Positions 1 through 12,424 are shown, counted from the stretch's first letter. The stretch is 64,000 nt of DNA from Octopus bimaculoides (GCF_001194135.2 NC_068981.1:7980756-8044755), one strand, 5' to 3'. Program-made: numbers and translations. The notes: generated from the letters alone by a model not told the origin.

Positions 1-66
<66 letters not shown>

Positions 67-76
67 TGTATGTATA
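1..76. repeat. (TA)n/(TATG)n microsatellite
   Basis: Direct tandem repeats at the window start. Confidence 0.95.
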
Positions 77-297
77 TAGGTTCTAGCAAATCGCATTTCT
101 GGCTCTCTGTATTATCCAGTTGGATCTTGGTCAAACATTTAGGTATGGAGGATCAGTGCCAAAGAACTTTGTAAGCGGTGCCATCACCACCAAAGAAACA
201 ATGATAATGAGAGTGATGATGATGATAATTTGAACTGCATGATGATAATAATGATGGCGATGGTGAAAATGGTGACGACGACGAAGACGACATGATG

Positions 298-1124
298 GTG
301 ATGGTGACACAGTCGCTCCTTTCTTGTTCATGATTGTTCTCGACAATGTTCTACGCATTTCCCTAGATAGTATGGAGGAAAAGGGACTCCTTTTGAAACC
401 CCACCAAAGTAGTCGGCATTGTGAACAGTATTTAACTGATCTTAACTTTGCTGACGACCTTGCCTTGATATCCCATTGTATTAAAGATGCAGAATCTTTG
501 TTACAAGCACTGGAGAAAGTAGCAAACCAGGTCGGACTTTACTGCAATAAAAGTAAGACAGAGTTTATCACGACCTCCTCCAAGACTATATCAATCAAAA
601 ACATTGATGACTTCAAATATCTTGAATCACACATAGTAGACTCCCAAAAGGACTTTTGCGTCCACAAAGCTCTTGCTTGATAAGATCTGGCACTCAAGCC
701 TTCCACCCATGTTAAAAGTTCAGATATTTAGAACACTGCTTGAGCTGGTCTTTTTCTATGGATCAGAGACCTGGACCTTTTTGGCTCTCTTAGAAAAACA
801 ACAAGATGAAACATATACCAGCCTGCTCAGAAAGATACAGAACATCAGTTGGAGATGACACCCAACACTTCGTAACATCTACGGAAATCTGATACCGATA
901 TCCCTCAAGCTAAAGCAGAAACGGCTACAATTTGCTGGCCTCTGTCATCGAGCAGAGAAAGAGGTTATCTCATCCCTGCTCCTATGGCATCCCTCTGGAA
1001 GTGTTTTCTCCAGGAAACTGATATTTCCAGATCCTATGTCACGGGACTCAGGGCTGCATACTAGAGATCTGAACACAGCAATCCAGGACCGTGTACTGCG
1101 GAAAAGGATTGTCAATAGATGATG
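298..1124 (+). mobile_element. 5'-truncated, decayed RTE-type LINE (RT C-terminal half to ORF end)
   Basis: GDTVAPFLFMIVLD, DLNFADDLAL and DDFKYL RT motifs (298-680). After a frameshift: FFYGSETWT...LLRKIQNISWR*HPT...KRLQFAGLCHR, typical of RTE C-termini. Stop at about 1120 followed by a short gat tail. Confidence 0.85.
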
Positions 1125-1415
1125 ATCTATATGTATGAACCATAAAATGTCAGAAGGTATGGGAGATGAATATATTTATTTAACCACTTTGTCATCCTTA
1201 GGGTTACGGCCGTTTTTCAGCCTTCTTCGTGTAATAATAATTTTAGAGTAGAATAAATTATGCTTTTATGTTTGCATTAATACGAATGTGTCGGCCTTAT
1301 ATAATATAATTGTAAATTCACAAATCAATGCAAATAAAGAAAGCTCATCAGATCATTTACATATGGATACAGATTGTTTGGATGACAAATAAAAGGGCTG
1401 TCATGAGGTTAATAG

Positions 1416-1447
1416 GTTGTTGTTGTTGTTGTTGTTGTTGCTGTTGC

Positions 1448-1484
<37 letters not shown>

Positions 1485-1504
1485 GCTGTTGTTGTTGTTG
1501 TTGC
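1416..1504. repeat. (TGT)n microsatellite
   Basis: Direct reading; it generates the poly-Cys ORF in the track. Confidence 0.95.
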
Positions 1505-1505
1505 T

Positions 1506-1617
1506 TTAGTCGGCCCGAAGCCATAGTAGAAAACACTTGCTAAGGTGACAGAGTGGGACTGAACCCAGAACCATGCTGTTGGAAAGCAAACTTCTGACGC
1601 ACAGCCACACCTGCGCC
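1506..1617 (-). mobile_element. tRNA-derived SINE, family B head fragment
   Basis: Reverse complement has a tRNA-like A box (tggctgtg..) and B box (ggttcagtccc). The same sequence recurs at 18788, 27367 and 50660-50818. Confidence 0.8.
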
Positions 1618-3092
1618 GGTGTACTCATCCAGGAACAAACCCCAATACTTATGCGGTAGAAAACCATTTGAGAGGTAGCGTAGATATGCATTCTATAACT
1701 ATTATAATGATCAACTGTAAATGTGATCTTATCGGGAGAATTATAATCTCGCATGTTTGAAAGAACTTTTAAGAAGTTGAGCGTTGCAGTTTGGAAATGT
1801 TCCAGCAGAGATAATGTTTGCTGAAGAACAAATGTAAACTCTGCTTTGTCAAAAACATCAAGCAAACATGGAAGAGAGAAAGAGAGACAGAGATATATAA
1901 GAAAGGTGAGGAGAAAGACAGAGAGAAATGAATATTTATTATGAGAAAGTGTGATGGCGACTCGATTATGGTTAACTAAGTGTATGAATAAGAATCGAAA
2001 GTCTCAAAAGACAGAATCAATATAGCGACCATTCCAAGATCAACAGGTCGTCATACATCTATAAGATATGTAATGAACTATTGACTTTGGAACAGGTTGT
2101 ATTCCAAGCAGAAAACTTTCTCTTCATAGTCTTCTAGTCCAGTGATTCTTAAACTACATTCCGTGTCTTTCATCTTGGTGACTTTATCACAAAATGCTAT
2201 TCACTCGTAACTAAATCTTTATATTTTTGCTTTATTTTTATCGCTCGTCCCAGTATCTTCCCCCCGTCTATAAATTTCTACATAATTAAGTTAGTCACAT
2301 GAGTAAAAGATCAATAATTAATTCATTTCTTAAATGTTTATTTTTACTCAAAATTTTATACACCCCCAAAAGTATGTAAAGAAAGCTAAGAATCATAAAA
2401 TACTGAAGAACAGGTAATTTTATTCGACTTTTTCAAGACTATATAAAATACAATTACTATAGAATAGTTTCTGAATTAGATTCTTCGAAACGATGTTTTA
2501 TAAAGTGTGTGCCAACCACAAATAAATGATAAGTAGCCATACCCCAACCCTAACTGGTGGCTATTTGGTTAATCAACAAAACTGGAGTTAAATGCACCAC
2601 GCAGTCAGCTTAGATAGTGAGAACGAAAGAAAGAAAGAAAGAAACAAACAAACAAACAAAGAGAGCTTCAAGATGACAAAGTTTTCAATGACTCTCCAGT
2701 GACAGAATAAATTAAAGCAGCTTCTAAATGAATTAATATGAAGTTTGAATAATGGTGTAGACATTCCGTATCACCTTCATCGTAGATCGTCCATCATGTC
2801 TTATATTAATCTTTGACTAAATTCAGTGAGTTTAAAATATAAACTTGCATACGGGTGTTAATTCAGCAACGCACATACTATGTAAAATCGCGCGCGCGCA
2901 AACACACACACACACACACACACAAAAGACATGCATCTGTAGGTGTGTGCGTGTGTGTTATTGTACGAATATATGTATGTGTGTTTCTGTTTTAAATTAT
3001 TTGCATTTTTCCTGAAAGTAAGGAAATGATTTCTACATAAAGATTTAAAAAATTCAGTCACAGCCATTTGGATATCGAGAATGAAAAATAAT

Positions 3093-4738
3093 GTGTTTAT
3101 ATGTAGTTAAGCCTATATCTGATCATAGAGTGACCAATGGTTTTGTATCCATAAACGGCCTAGAGCCATGGACGGCTTGTCAGACTCTAAAGCCGAAGAC
3201 AAATGAAGCTCTTCATCATGGGAGGCAAGGATCTGTTACGGCCAGTTGGTCAGTAAGTCACCAAAGAATAGTCCTACATCAGTGCAGCATCGTACCACCC
3301 GCCAATCGTGTTCGAGAACATAGTGAAGCGTGCCAGTAAGAGGATCTCGTATCTATCTTCAAGTCAAGCAATTTTTGACGACACCGCTCCCCTACTACAA
3401 CGTGGCACTGGCGTCCAGTGGGTTTGAGGACCTCATCTCCCACAAAAGGAAGCACCCACAAAAGGAAGCGCCGCCGGAATGTCGTTTGGCTTGTCTCATC
3501 CTTCTCACTCAAAGTCAGTACTTGTGAGGGAAGCATATTCTTCAGGTTAGTAGGCACACAAGTACGGACGTTTGTTAAATAGGAACAACCTAAAGGTTTC
3601 CTTTAGTTGCGCACCGAACATGAAATGTATATTAGCTAAAGCCCCTAAAATGCGGGAGGAGGTCGGCTTCTCTTGCAGGGTCTACAACGACTGCCCAGTG
3701 GAGGCCAATGTGAGGCCGAGGAAGTCAACTATGAGGTTGTGGTGATACCCAGGCCAAACGACTACAGTAATAGCACCAACGGATCAGGCAACTACAGTAG
3801 CGACAGCGGCAGAAACACCAACACTGACGCCAACAACCCCAGCACCTGCACTACGGCCGGAGATGACGACCACGCCGACACCAGCAGCACCAGCGAGGCC
3901 AACGGCCCCACGTCCAATATTACCAATAACGGCACCCCACATCACCATTGGCGAGAGCAGCGCCAATGCCACGGCGAGGGATGACCACCACAATGACGAC
4001 AGCCGCAACGATATCACCGGACCTACGCCTCGTAATGATAATAGCACTGATGGCAGCTCCAGCAACACCGGCGGCAACATCCCCAGGCCCGGAACCAAAC
4101 GAACATGCGCCAGAAATATAGGCACAACTAACACCCAAGCCTGGAAATACATCAGGTCAGCTATCAAGCGGCGCCTGTACAAACACAGATTCTATTTCAG
4201 AATTGCGGAAAGGCGATTCGTCACATCCCTGGCCAGCCACGTATGACGCCTCAAAGACGATTGGACCCCATACGATACATTAACGGGAGTGGGCGCTGCA
4301 AGCTTTGTATAGGTAAGCGAGCAAGGATCATCAAAGACTTCCTGAAACCTGAATTACTGAACACTCACCAGGAAACTTATAGTCCCAGCATCCATTTCAA
4401 ACGTAACATGCTGCAAGCATGGGATTCCCCGTTCTCCTATTAGACCCAAAAAGGTCCTTACGAACTAAAAGCAACCCAAGGGAAAATTCCTTGTTCCCCC
4501 TCTTTTGGCCCAGATGAACTAGTCTAAGGGAGATAACACGTTCTCGCCGTACGGAGTGTTTATTCCTTGGTGACTTATAGACCAACTGACCGAAACGGAT
4601 TCCTGCCTCCTAGAGATGAAGAGTTACATTAGTTTTCGGCTTTAGAATCTCACGAGCCGTCCATAGGGCTAAGCCCTTTGTGAATGCGAAACCATTGGTC
4701 ACTCTATCAACGGACATAGACTTGACTACATATAACAT
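3093..4738 (+). mobile_element. Penelope-like element (RT C-terminus plus GIY-YIG endonuclease, frameshifted) with inverted terminal pLTR-like repeats
   Basis: RISYLSSSQAIFD..YYNVALASSGF, RRRNVVW, LLNRNNLKVSFSCAPNMK, GGQCEAEEVNYEVVV, KYI..IKRRLYKHRFYF and YINGSGRCKLCIG..LLN match Penelope-type RT-thumb/GIY-YIG patterns. 3093-3270 and 4561-4738 are inverted copies, about 80% identical by manual alignment. Confidence 0.85.
4611..4706 (+). ncRNA. Atypical hammerhead-like motif in the PLE 3' repeat (AUGAAGA core, branched stem II)
   Basis: Stem I TAGAG/CTCTA, core ATGAAGA (C3 replaced by A), GAAA at 4688-4691, stem III ACCA-t-TGGT, GUC triplet ending at 4700. An inverted twin lies at about 3125-3220. 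Confidence 0.4.
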
Positions 4739-4742
4739 AATA

Positions 4743-4785
<43 letters not shown>

Positions 4786-5599
4786 ATGTGTGTATATGAC
4801 GTGTGTGAGTGTGTATGTATGCATGAATATATACATAAACATACATGTATGTATATGCGTATAAATAAATAGATAGATGGATAGATACTGTTTACCAGTA
4901 CCTTAATAGTAGATATTTTATCAACATTTCTTCATTCCAAGACAATCACATTTAAGATCCTGCTCTAGCAGTGAGTCTCGAAGCAACTGCTGATATTTTG
5001 CACAAGGCAGCTTTTTAAAGAAATTGTTGCAGAAACCGACTGAATGATGAAAAGTGACGGCGAAAGAGAAGACAGATGTGGAAAATGTGAAAATAGAGGA
5101 GAGAAAGAAAGACTTTTAGAAATTCTGATATAATGGCATGGGGAGGGAGTGGGGTGAGCGAAAGGATAGAGATTGTGTTAATAACGAGCGTGTGGAATTG
5201 TGGGAAATAATTAGTGAGAAACTGGTTCATGAATAATTGATGAGTAGATAGTTGTATAACCATCGAAATGACATTTATTGAGTAGCAAATTATACTGATG
5301 CAGTGACAGCGGCACGCATATATACACACGTCAACAGATGCACACAAACATACGCAGATGTACATACACACGCGTACGCATGCGTACAACGAACACACAT
5401 GAAAGCATATGCGATATCATGTTTGGCAAATCTCAAAAAATACCAAGGCACATCTAGTACTCAATGCAACAATGTAGAGCAATGAATGATATTATATTCT
5501 TGAGAGTAAAATACCAGTAAGCCAGAAGTCTAGTCCTTGTTTAGATCTCAACGACAGATGAAACAATCGATGTCTAATAAACAAATACACAATAAATCC

Positions 5600-5600
<1 letters not shown>

Positions 5601-5667
<67 letters not shown>
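5601..5667. repeat. (GATA)n microsatellite
   Basis: Direct reading. Confidence 0.95.
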
Positions 5668-5668
<1 letters not shown>

Positions 5669-5669
5669 T

Positions 5670-5850
5670 CTTTTTATCTTTTACCTTCTGCTTGTTTCAG
5701 CCACTTGACTGCGGCCATGCTGGGGAACCGCCTTGAAAAATTTTAGTCGAACGAATCGACATATTCTAGCGGTTCCTTTGGCTAGGTTATGGGGATGTAA
5801 ACATACCAAGCGTGCGGTAGTAGAGGACAAACACAGGCATGAAAACACAC
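5670..5850 (-). mobile_element. SINE family B 3' body/tail fragment
   Basis: gtttcagccacttgactgcggccatgctg... matches 50405-50610 and 49945-50100, which is the tail of the composite SINE at 50405-50818. Confidence 0.7.
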
Positions 5851-5859
5851 ATACATACA

Positions 5860-5895
<36 letters not shown>

Positions 5896-5897
5896 TT

Positions 5898-6098
5898 CGC
5901 CATGAAAGATCGCTGACCACTACATTTATATTCTTTTTCTCCTTGTTTCTCTCCTTGTTTCTTTCTGTGTTCCTTTCAGTTGAAGAGCGTAGGCTCGAAA
6001 CGTCAAAGACTTTCTTTATTCCCGAGCGTTATACTAATACATCCATTTGTTGTTTACACCACCTGTCTTCGTCTGTTGTTTTTTTCGTAAATTCTCCC

Positions 6099-6100
<2 letters not shown>
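5898..6100 (+). mobile_element. Non-coding PLE-derived (pLTR-like) interspersed repeat
   Basis: Pyrimidine-rich lead-in, hammerhead-like motif about 100 nt from the end, terminating in (TA)n. PLE origin is inferred from this layout. Confidence 0.5.
5973..6008 (+). ncRNA. Degenerate minimal type I hammerhead ribozyme
   Basis: CTTT-CAGTTGA-A-GAGC(gtag)GCTC-GAAA-CG-TC^AAAG: 4-bp stem I, 4-bp stem II, palindromic ACGT stem III, GUC triplet. The core differs from CUGAUGA at two positions. Confidence 0.55.
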
Positions 6101-6133
<33 letters not shown>

Positions 6134-7384
6134 NNNNNNNNNNNNNNNNNNNNNNNNNNNNNNNNNNNNNNNNNNNNNNNNNNNNNNNNNNNNNNNNNNN
6201 NNNNNNNNNNNNNNNNNNNNNNNNNNNNNNNNNNNNNNNNNNNNNNNNNNNNNNNNNNNNNNNNNNNNNNNNNNNNNNNNNNNNNNNNNNNNNNNNNNNN
6301 NNNNNNNNNNNNNNNNNNNNNNNNNNNNNNNNNNNNNNNNNNNNNNNNNNNNNNNNNNNNNNNNNNNNNNNNNNNNNNNNNNNNNNNNNNNNNNNNNNNN
6401 NNNNNNNNNNNNNNNNNNNNNNNNNNNNNNNNNNNNNNNNNNNNNNNNNNNNNNNNNNNNNNNNNNNNNNNNNNNNNNNNNNNNNNNNNNNNNNNNNNNN
6501 NAAGGAGATATATTTAAGAATTTACAAAAAATTGTAGAGGAATAACTGACCTGTCTTTTTGGCATTTATTTCTGTCTTGTGTGTAGTTAAGGAATGTTTG
6601 CTCTTTTAAGGGACAGTGTGGGAGGTTGATTGGGAGTAGGGAGGAAGAACAATGTGGAATCAAGAGGATTTTTTGTTTCTGGGCTAGTCTGTCATGGTTC
6701 AGTGGTTTTCTGACTGGTCTTAGAGGTCAGAATGGTGTGAGTGTATGTCTGTGCGCGTCTCTATGTGTGTGTGTGTATATACATGTGCTTGTGTATTATA
6801 TTTTGTTATGTGTGCGATTTGTTTTGTTTATATTGTTATTGCAATACGCGTGGGGGTGTTTGTGTAAGTGTGTCTATGTGTCGGGAAGGTGTGTGTCATT
6901 GTGTGTGCATGCTTGTGTGTATGTGTGAATGTCTGTATGTTTCTGAGTGTTTGTTGTGTATTGAGTGTGATTTTTTTGGTGTTTGTGTGTACATATGTGT
7001 GTATATATATGTGTGTGTGTGTACATATGTGTGCATAAATGCGTGTGTGGGGGGTTGTATTTGCGTGTTTGTGTGTATATATCTGTGTGTATGTGGGTGT
7101 GTTTGTGTGACTGATTTGTGATTGTCAGGTTGGTGTGTGCATGTACGTGTTTACGAAGTGCGTATGCGTGTGTGAGTGTTGGTTATGGTTGTTAGAATCG
7201 TATTGCAAGTGCATATATGCATGTGTCTTTTTCTTGGAATGTGTGTGGGGATTGTGCTTGTGTGTGTGTGTGTATGTATGTGTGTGTTTGCGTGGGAGAT
7301 TTGCATTGTATTTGTGTGTGTGTGATTTTGTACATCTGTATGTGTTTCTGTGTTTGTAGACACTGTAGATACCAGCTCACACAA

Positions 7385-7850
7385 GAACCGTTCCAAAATC
7401 GGAGATTACACCCATCACATAGGAATTGATTTGCTGGGTCGACAGGTTTAGGTTTGAGAGATTCACTATTTTTGGTTTTTCAGGGTTGGTATCTACCATC
7501 TGGTGTCGTGGATTCTGTTGCCCTGGCCTAAAAAATGATTTCTGGGGGTCCTTCTGTCTGCGGTATTTCGGTGTGTGTTAATCTTTCCCCCATTGATGTG
7601 TTGCCTACTAAAGGAGTCTTGGTTATTCCGGGGTCTGGGTTGTTCGTACTGGGCGTAATTTTGGTCCCTTGTGTTGGAACCTACAATCGTGGTTTAGAGG
7701 TGAATTCCTGTATGATGGGTGGGATCTCCGAGTTTGGAACGGTTTGGTTTGGGACTTACATCATACTTCCTGGTTTGGAGTTGGGAGAAAATGTTGAAAA
7801 TCTGGCGAATGACCCATTGTGCTCCACTCCCACCTACACATAATTAAGAT
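7385..7850 (-). mobile_element. Possible decayed PLE N-terminal fragment
   Basis: Minus strand reads KIVNLSNLNLSTQQIN, resembling the VxNLS motif upstream of the RT in Penelope-type ORFs. The remainder is disrupted. Confidence 0.3.
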
Positions 7851-8616
7851 CTACAAATACACACGTATGTATACTGATTGCTTAGCTGATAACGTTTGAA
7901 AATTAAAAGAATTTCAGATTACAGTACTAAATGAATATTCATCGAAATGATTTAAACCGTATAAAAACGGAAATAAGGGGAGTGATTTATGGACAGCGGG
8001 AGGAAGGAACATTTTCAGAAGAGCACATAATCAAGACATCAGATCGGAGACTTTCGGGAAATGCAGACACTGAGGGAACTCACGAATAACACCTTTACCC
8101 GACTAAAATCATAAATGCAAGCATATTCGAAATTGATTCAGGCAAGTTTTTCGACACCTTTATTCTGCTGTCCCTTTCCTCTTACATTTTTTCTCTCATT
8201 TCTAAACCGTATTTCTTCTACCTCTATATGCCACCATCACTGAGGTGCAGACGTAACGATGCCACTTATTCTGTGTGATTTTCAACGAAATACATATTCC
8301 TCATTTCCATGTTAACATATAAGATTAAAGAATAACTCACGACTGCTATCTAAAAGTTATTCTCCTTAACGGAAGCAGAAGTATTCATCCATTTGTAATC
8401 CTCAAAATATTTGTTCTTATGGCACTTAGAAACAGGAGAAGGTTAATAGAATTGGACGTGCATTAACGATTTATTAAGAAGCCTTTGGTAAATCAGAATC
8501 TAGCCAATGCGAAAGTATGTAGCAATATGTGTGAATATATGTGTGCATGTATACTTGTCTATATACATAGGTATATATGTATGCATGTATGTATATATGT
8601 ATGTATGAATGTATGT

Positions 8617-8804
8617 CATTATTCAGTTTATTTCAAGATTTCTTGCCAATAGAGAAAGAACCAGTTTCTAACCTAGATCCAAGGTTCCTTCACTGGAATT
8701 TCAACATCCGCAGCAGGGTATTTTTGTATGTATGTATGTATGTATGTATGTATGTATGTATGTATGTATGTGTGTATGTATGTATGTATGTGTGTGTGCA
8801 TGTA

Positions 8805-8846
<42 letters not shown>

Positions 8847-9232
8847 ATTGTTTAGTTTTATTTCAAGATTTGCTGCCAATAGAGAAAGAACCAGTTTCTA
8901 ACCTAGATCCAAAGATCCTTCATTGGAATACCAACATCAACAACAGGGGATTTTTGTTTGTATGTATGTATGTATGTATGTATATGTGCAGATTTGTATG
9001 CTTTGCTTTATGTATGTATTCTCATGCATATATTTGCATATCTAGACATGCTCATATATATTTAAATGATAAACTTCTGTAAAGTTTTACAGATTCTTAC
9101 AGATCCAGTGATGGAATGGATCTGTTGTCTTCGAATTAGCTTTCTCCTTTCTGGCTTTCAGATGCTTAATTTCTCAACATTGGTATTTAAGCAGAGTGTT
9201 ACATATCCCAGGGCCCCAATAATAATGTAAAT
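8617..9232 (-). mobile_element. 3' end of an RLE-clade LINE (family 2) with a duplicated 3' UTR terminal block
   Basis: Minus strand reads IIGALGYVTLCLNTNVEKL..RKLIRRQQIHSITGSVRICKTLQKFII*, homologous to 50960-51150. The terminal UTR block is present twice (8617-8725 and 8845-8955), separated by (TATG)n/(TG)n. Confidence 0.75.
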
Positions 9233-9364
9233 ATGTGTGTGTATGTATGTATGTATGGATGGATGGATGGATGGATGGATGGATGGATGTATATGTACAT
9301 CATACATATATACATACATATATTGTCAAAAGCTATATTAGCGGTGACAATATATTAGCTCTAG

Positions 9365-9592
9365 AAGGCGGTGAGCTGCCAGAGACGTTAAACACGCCTT
9401 GAGAAATGCTTAGCGGTATTTCGTCTGTCTTACCGATCTGAGTTCAAATTCCGCTCAGGTCGACTTTGCATTTCATCATTTTGGGGTCGATAAATTAAGT
9501 ACCAGTTGCATACTGAGGTCGATCTAATCGACTGCCCCCCCCCCCACACCAAAAAAAAAATTGGGGCCTTGTGCCTAGAGTAGAAAAGAATA
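9365..9592 (+). mobile_element. tRNA-derived SINE, family A
   Basis: aaggcggtgagctgccag.. head, B box gagttcaaattcc, gtcgatctaatcgac body. Many copies occur in the window. Confidence 0.85.
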
Positions 9593-9870
9593 CATTAGCC
9601 CTACGTGAAATATATTTTTAGTATACGATATAATTCTTACTTTACAATATGCGCGTGTGTGTGTGCATGTGTGCGCGCATGTGTGTGCGCATGTGTGTGC
9701 GTGTTTGTGTGTATGTTTACGAGCATGCACACGGATGAAATATATAAATGTATATGTGTGTTTCCCTATATAAATAACAGTGCATAAATAATCGTGTGTT
9801 TGCATTTGTACAAATTCACTTATATATTAGATAAGTATATAAGTGTGATGCATGCATGGATAGACACAAT

Positions 9871-9929
<59 letters not shown>

Positions 9930-10855
9930 TGCTATGCATATATGTATGTATATGGATATATTAAATTACATTCAACAATATATACAATGTAATGCATTCG
10001 GCAGATAATAAATGTCCATATTAACGTCAGTGCTCGATATTTTGAGATAGAGCTAATGAAAATATGTGAAGAGTTAAACATCTGAACATAGAGGAAACGA
10101 CATAATGACTCTGTGCAGATATCTAAATAAATGGGAGGCTCATACTCATAACTATATATATATATATANNNNNNNNNNNNNNNNNNNNNNNNNNNNNNNN
10201 NNNNNNNNNNNNNNNNNNNNNNNNNNNNNNNNNNNNNNNNNNNNNNNNNNNNNNNNNNNNNNNNNNNNNNNNNNNNNNNNNNNNNNNNNNNNNNNNNNNN
10301 NNNNNNNNNNNNNNNNNNNNNNNNNNNNNNNNNNNNNNNNNNNNNNNNNNNNNNNNNNNNNNNNNNNNNNNNNNNNNNNNNNNNNNNNNNNNNNNNNNNN
10401 NNNNNNNNNNNNNNNNNNNNNNNNNNNNNNNNNNNNNNNNNNNNNNNNNNNNNNNNNNNNNNNNNNNNNNNNNNNNNNNNNNNNNNNNNNNNNNNNNNNN
10501 NNNNNNNNNNNNNNNNNNNNNNNNNNNNNNNNNNNNNNNNNNNNNNNNNNNNNNNNNNNNNNNNNNNNNNNNNNNNNNNNNNNNNNNNNNNNNNNNNNNN
10601 NNNNNNNNNNNNNNNNNNNNNNNNNNNNNNNNNNNNNNNNNNNNNNNNNNNNNNNNNNNNNNNNNNNNNNNNNNNNNNNNNNNNNNNNNNNNNNNNNNNN
10701 NNNNNNNNNNNNNNNNNNNNNNNNNNNNNNNNNNNNNNNNNNNNNNNNNNNNNNNNNNNNNNNNNNNNNNNNNNNNNNNNNNNNNNNNNNNNNNNNNNNN
10801 NNNNNNNNNNNNNNNNNNNNNNNNNNNNNNNNNNNNNNNNNNNNNNNNNNNNNNN

Positions 10856-10888
<33 letters not shown>

Positions 10889-11802
10889 TATATACATATA
10901 TATGCATGTATATATGTGTGTGTGTGTATGTATGCACATATATATATATATAGATCAGTATGTTTTAATATGCATATACAAATATATAATAACATGCGAA
11001 TGCATATTTAAAATACACACACAGACACGCGCTCGCGAACACACAAACACACACACACATACATATCCACGCACCAAAGTTAAGATACTATCTTGCTGTT
11101 TCCCTGTAGACCTTATACAACTGCGATCCTTGTTGCTAAACCATTAGGAATTCTACAGAGACTTGTCTATTCTTAACTTTACATGGATTCGATAATATAG
11201 TTTGTTCGCTCCCAACTGAGAACGCCATAAAACTGTATTAAAATGGTTTTCTCTTACTGCGAAGAATATTCGCAGGCACGCATGAATACGCATGCTCCAT
11301 ACATTGACATTACATAATGAATACATACTCGTACATACAAAAACAAAGAGAAATCATAGATGTATAGACACACACATATACAGACATATGCATATATATA
11401 TATATATATATATTAGATATATATATATNNNNNNNNNNNNNNNNNNNNNNNNNNNNNNNNNNNNNNNNNNNNNNNNNNNNNNNNNNNNNNNNNNNNNNNN
11501 NNNNNNTATGGATATATATATCTATAAATACATATAATAAACATATGTATATACATATAAAATATTATATATATATATGTATATTATATGTATATATAAA
11601 TGCGTATGTATAATACATGTATGTATAAATATATATATTTATATATATGTATATATATACATATACACATATATATATACATATACACATACACATATAG
11701 AGACATATATATATATATATATATATATACATAAATATATATATATATACATATATATACATATATATATGCATATATTCAGTTAAATTTGGAATGTATA
11801 TA

Positions 11803-11846
<44 letters not shown>

Positions 11847-12028
11847 CGTATATATATTTCAAATATAACTGAATATATGCATAAAAGAAGTTCTATGAAT
11901 GTTAATATAAATATGAATATAGTGTAGCAATATAAATCATACGCATGATGTATAAACATATTTTTACATACATATGTGTATATAAGGGTTTATACATATA
12001 AACATAAATATATATATGAATATATATA

Positions 12029-12255
12029 CAGTAGTTCCTCGCCATATCGCGGTTCGCCTATCGCGGTTTATCATCAGTTAAGCTTACATCGGTTCCTCTG
12101 TTGTGTTATTTTGCATTTATAATAAAATAAATAAGTACAAATTATCGAAATAATTTTAAAAAACATACAGTACAGTACTGTTTCTACTTCGCAGATTTTC
12201 GCCTATCGCGGTGGGGTTTTGTAACGTAACACCCGCGATAGTCGAGGGATTACTG
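12029..12255. mobile_element. Tigger/pogo-like MITE
   Basis: TIRs cagtagttcctcgccatatcgcgg / cccgcgatagtcgagggattactg, with TA on both sides. Confidence 0.85.
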
Positions 12256-12320
12256 TATAAACATACATACACGCACACACAAATATTTATATATACATAT
12301 TGAATAAGCAAATATATGTG

Positions 12321-12349
12321 TAATAATAATAATAATAATAATAATAATG

Positions 12350-12424
<75 letters not shown>
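12321..12424. repeat. (TAA)n array at the 5' junction of a Dong-like LINE
   Basis: Direct reading. Confidence 0.95.

Noticed and set aside
1506-1865. 119-aa minus-strand ORF (QTLSLLEHFQTATLNF...)
   Set aside because: The last third is SINE sequence, there is no recognisable motif or good donor, and several ORFs of this length are expected by chance in this much DNA.
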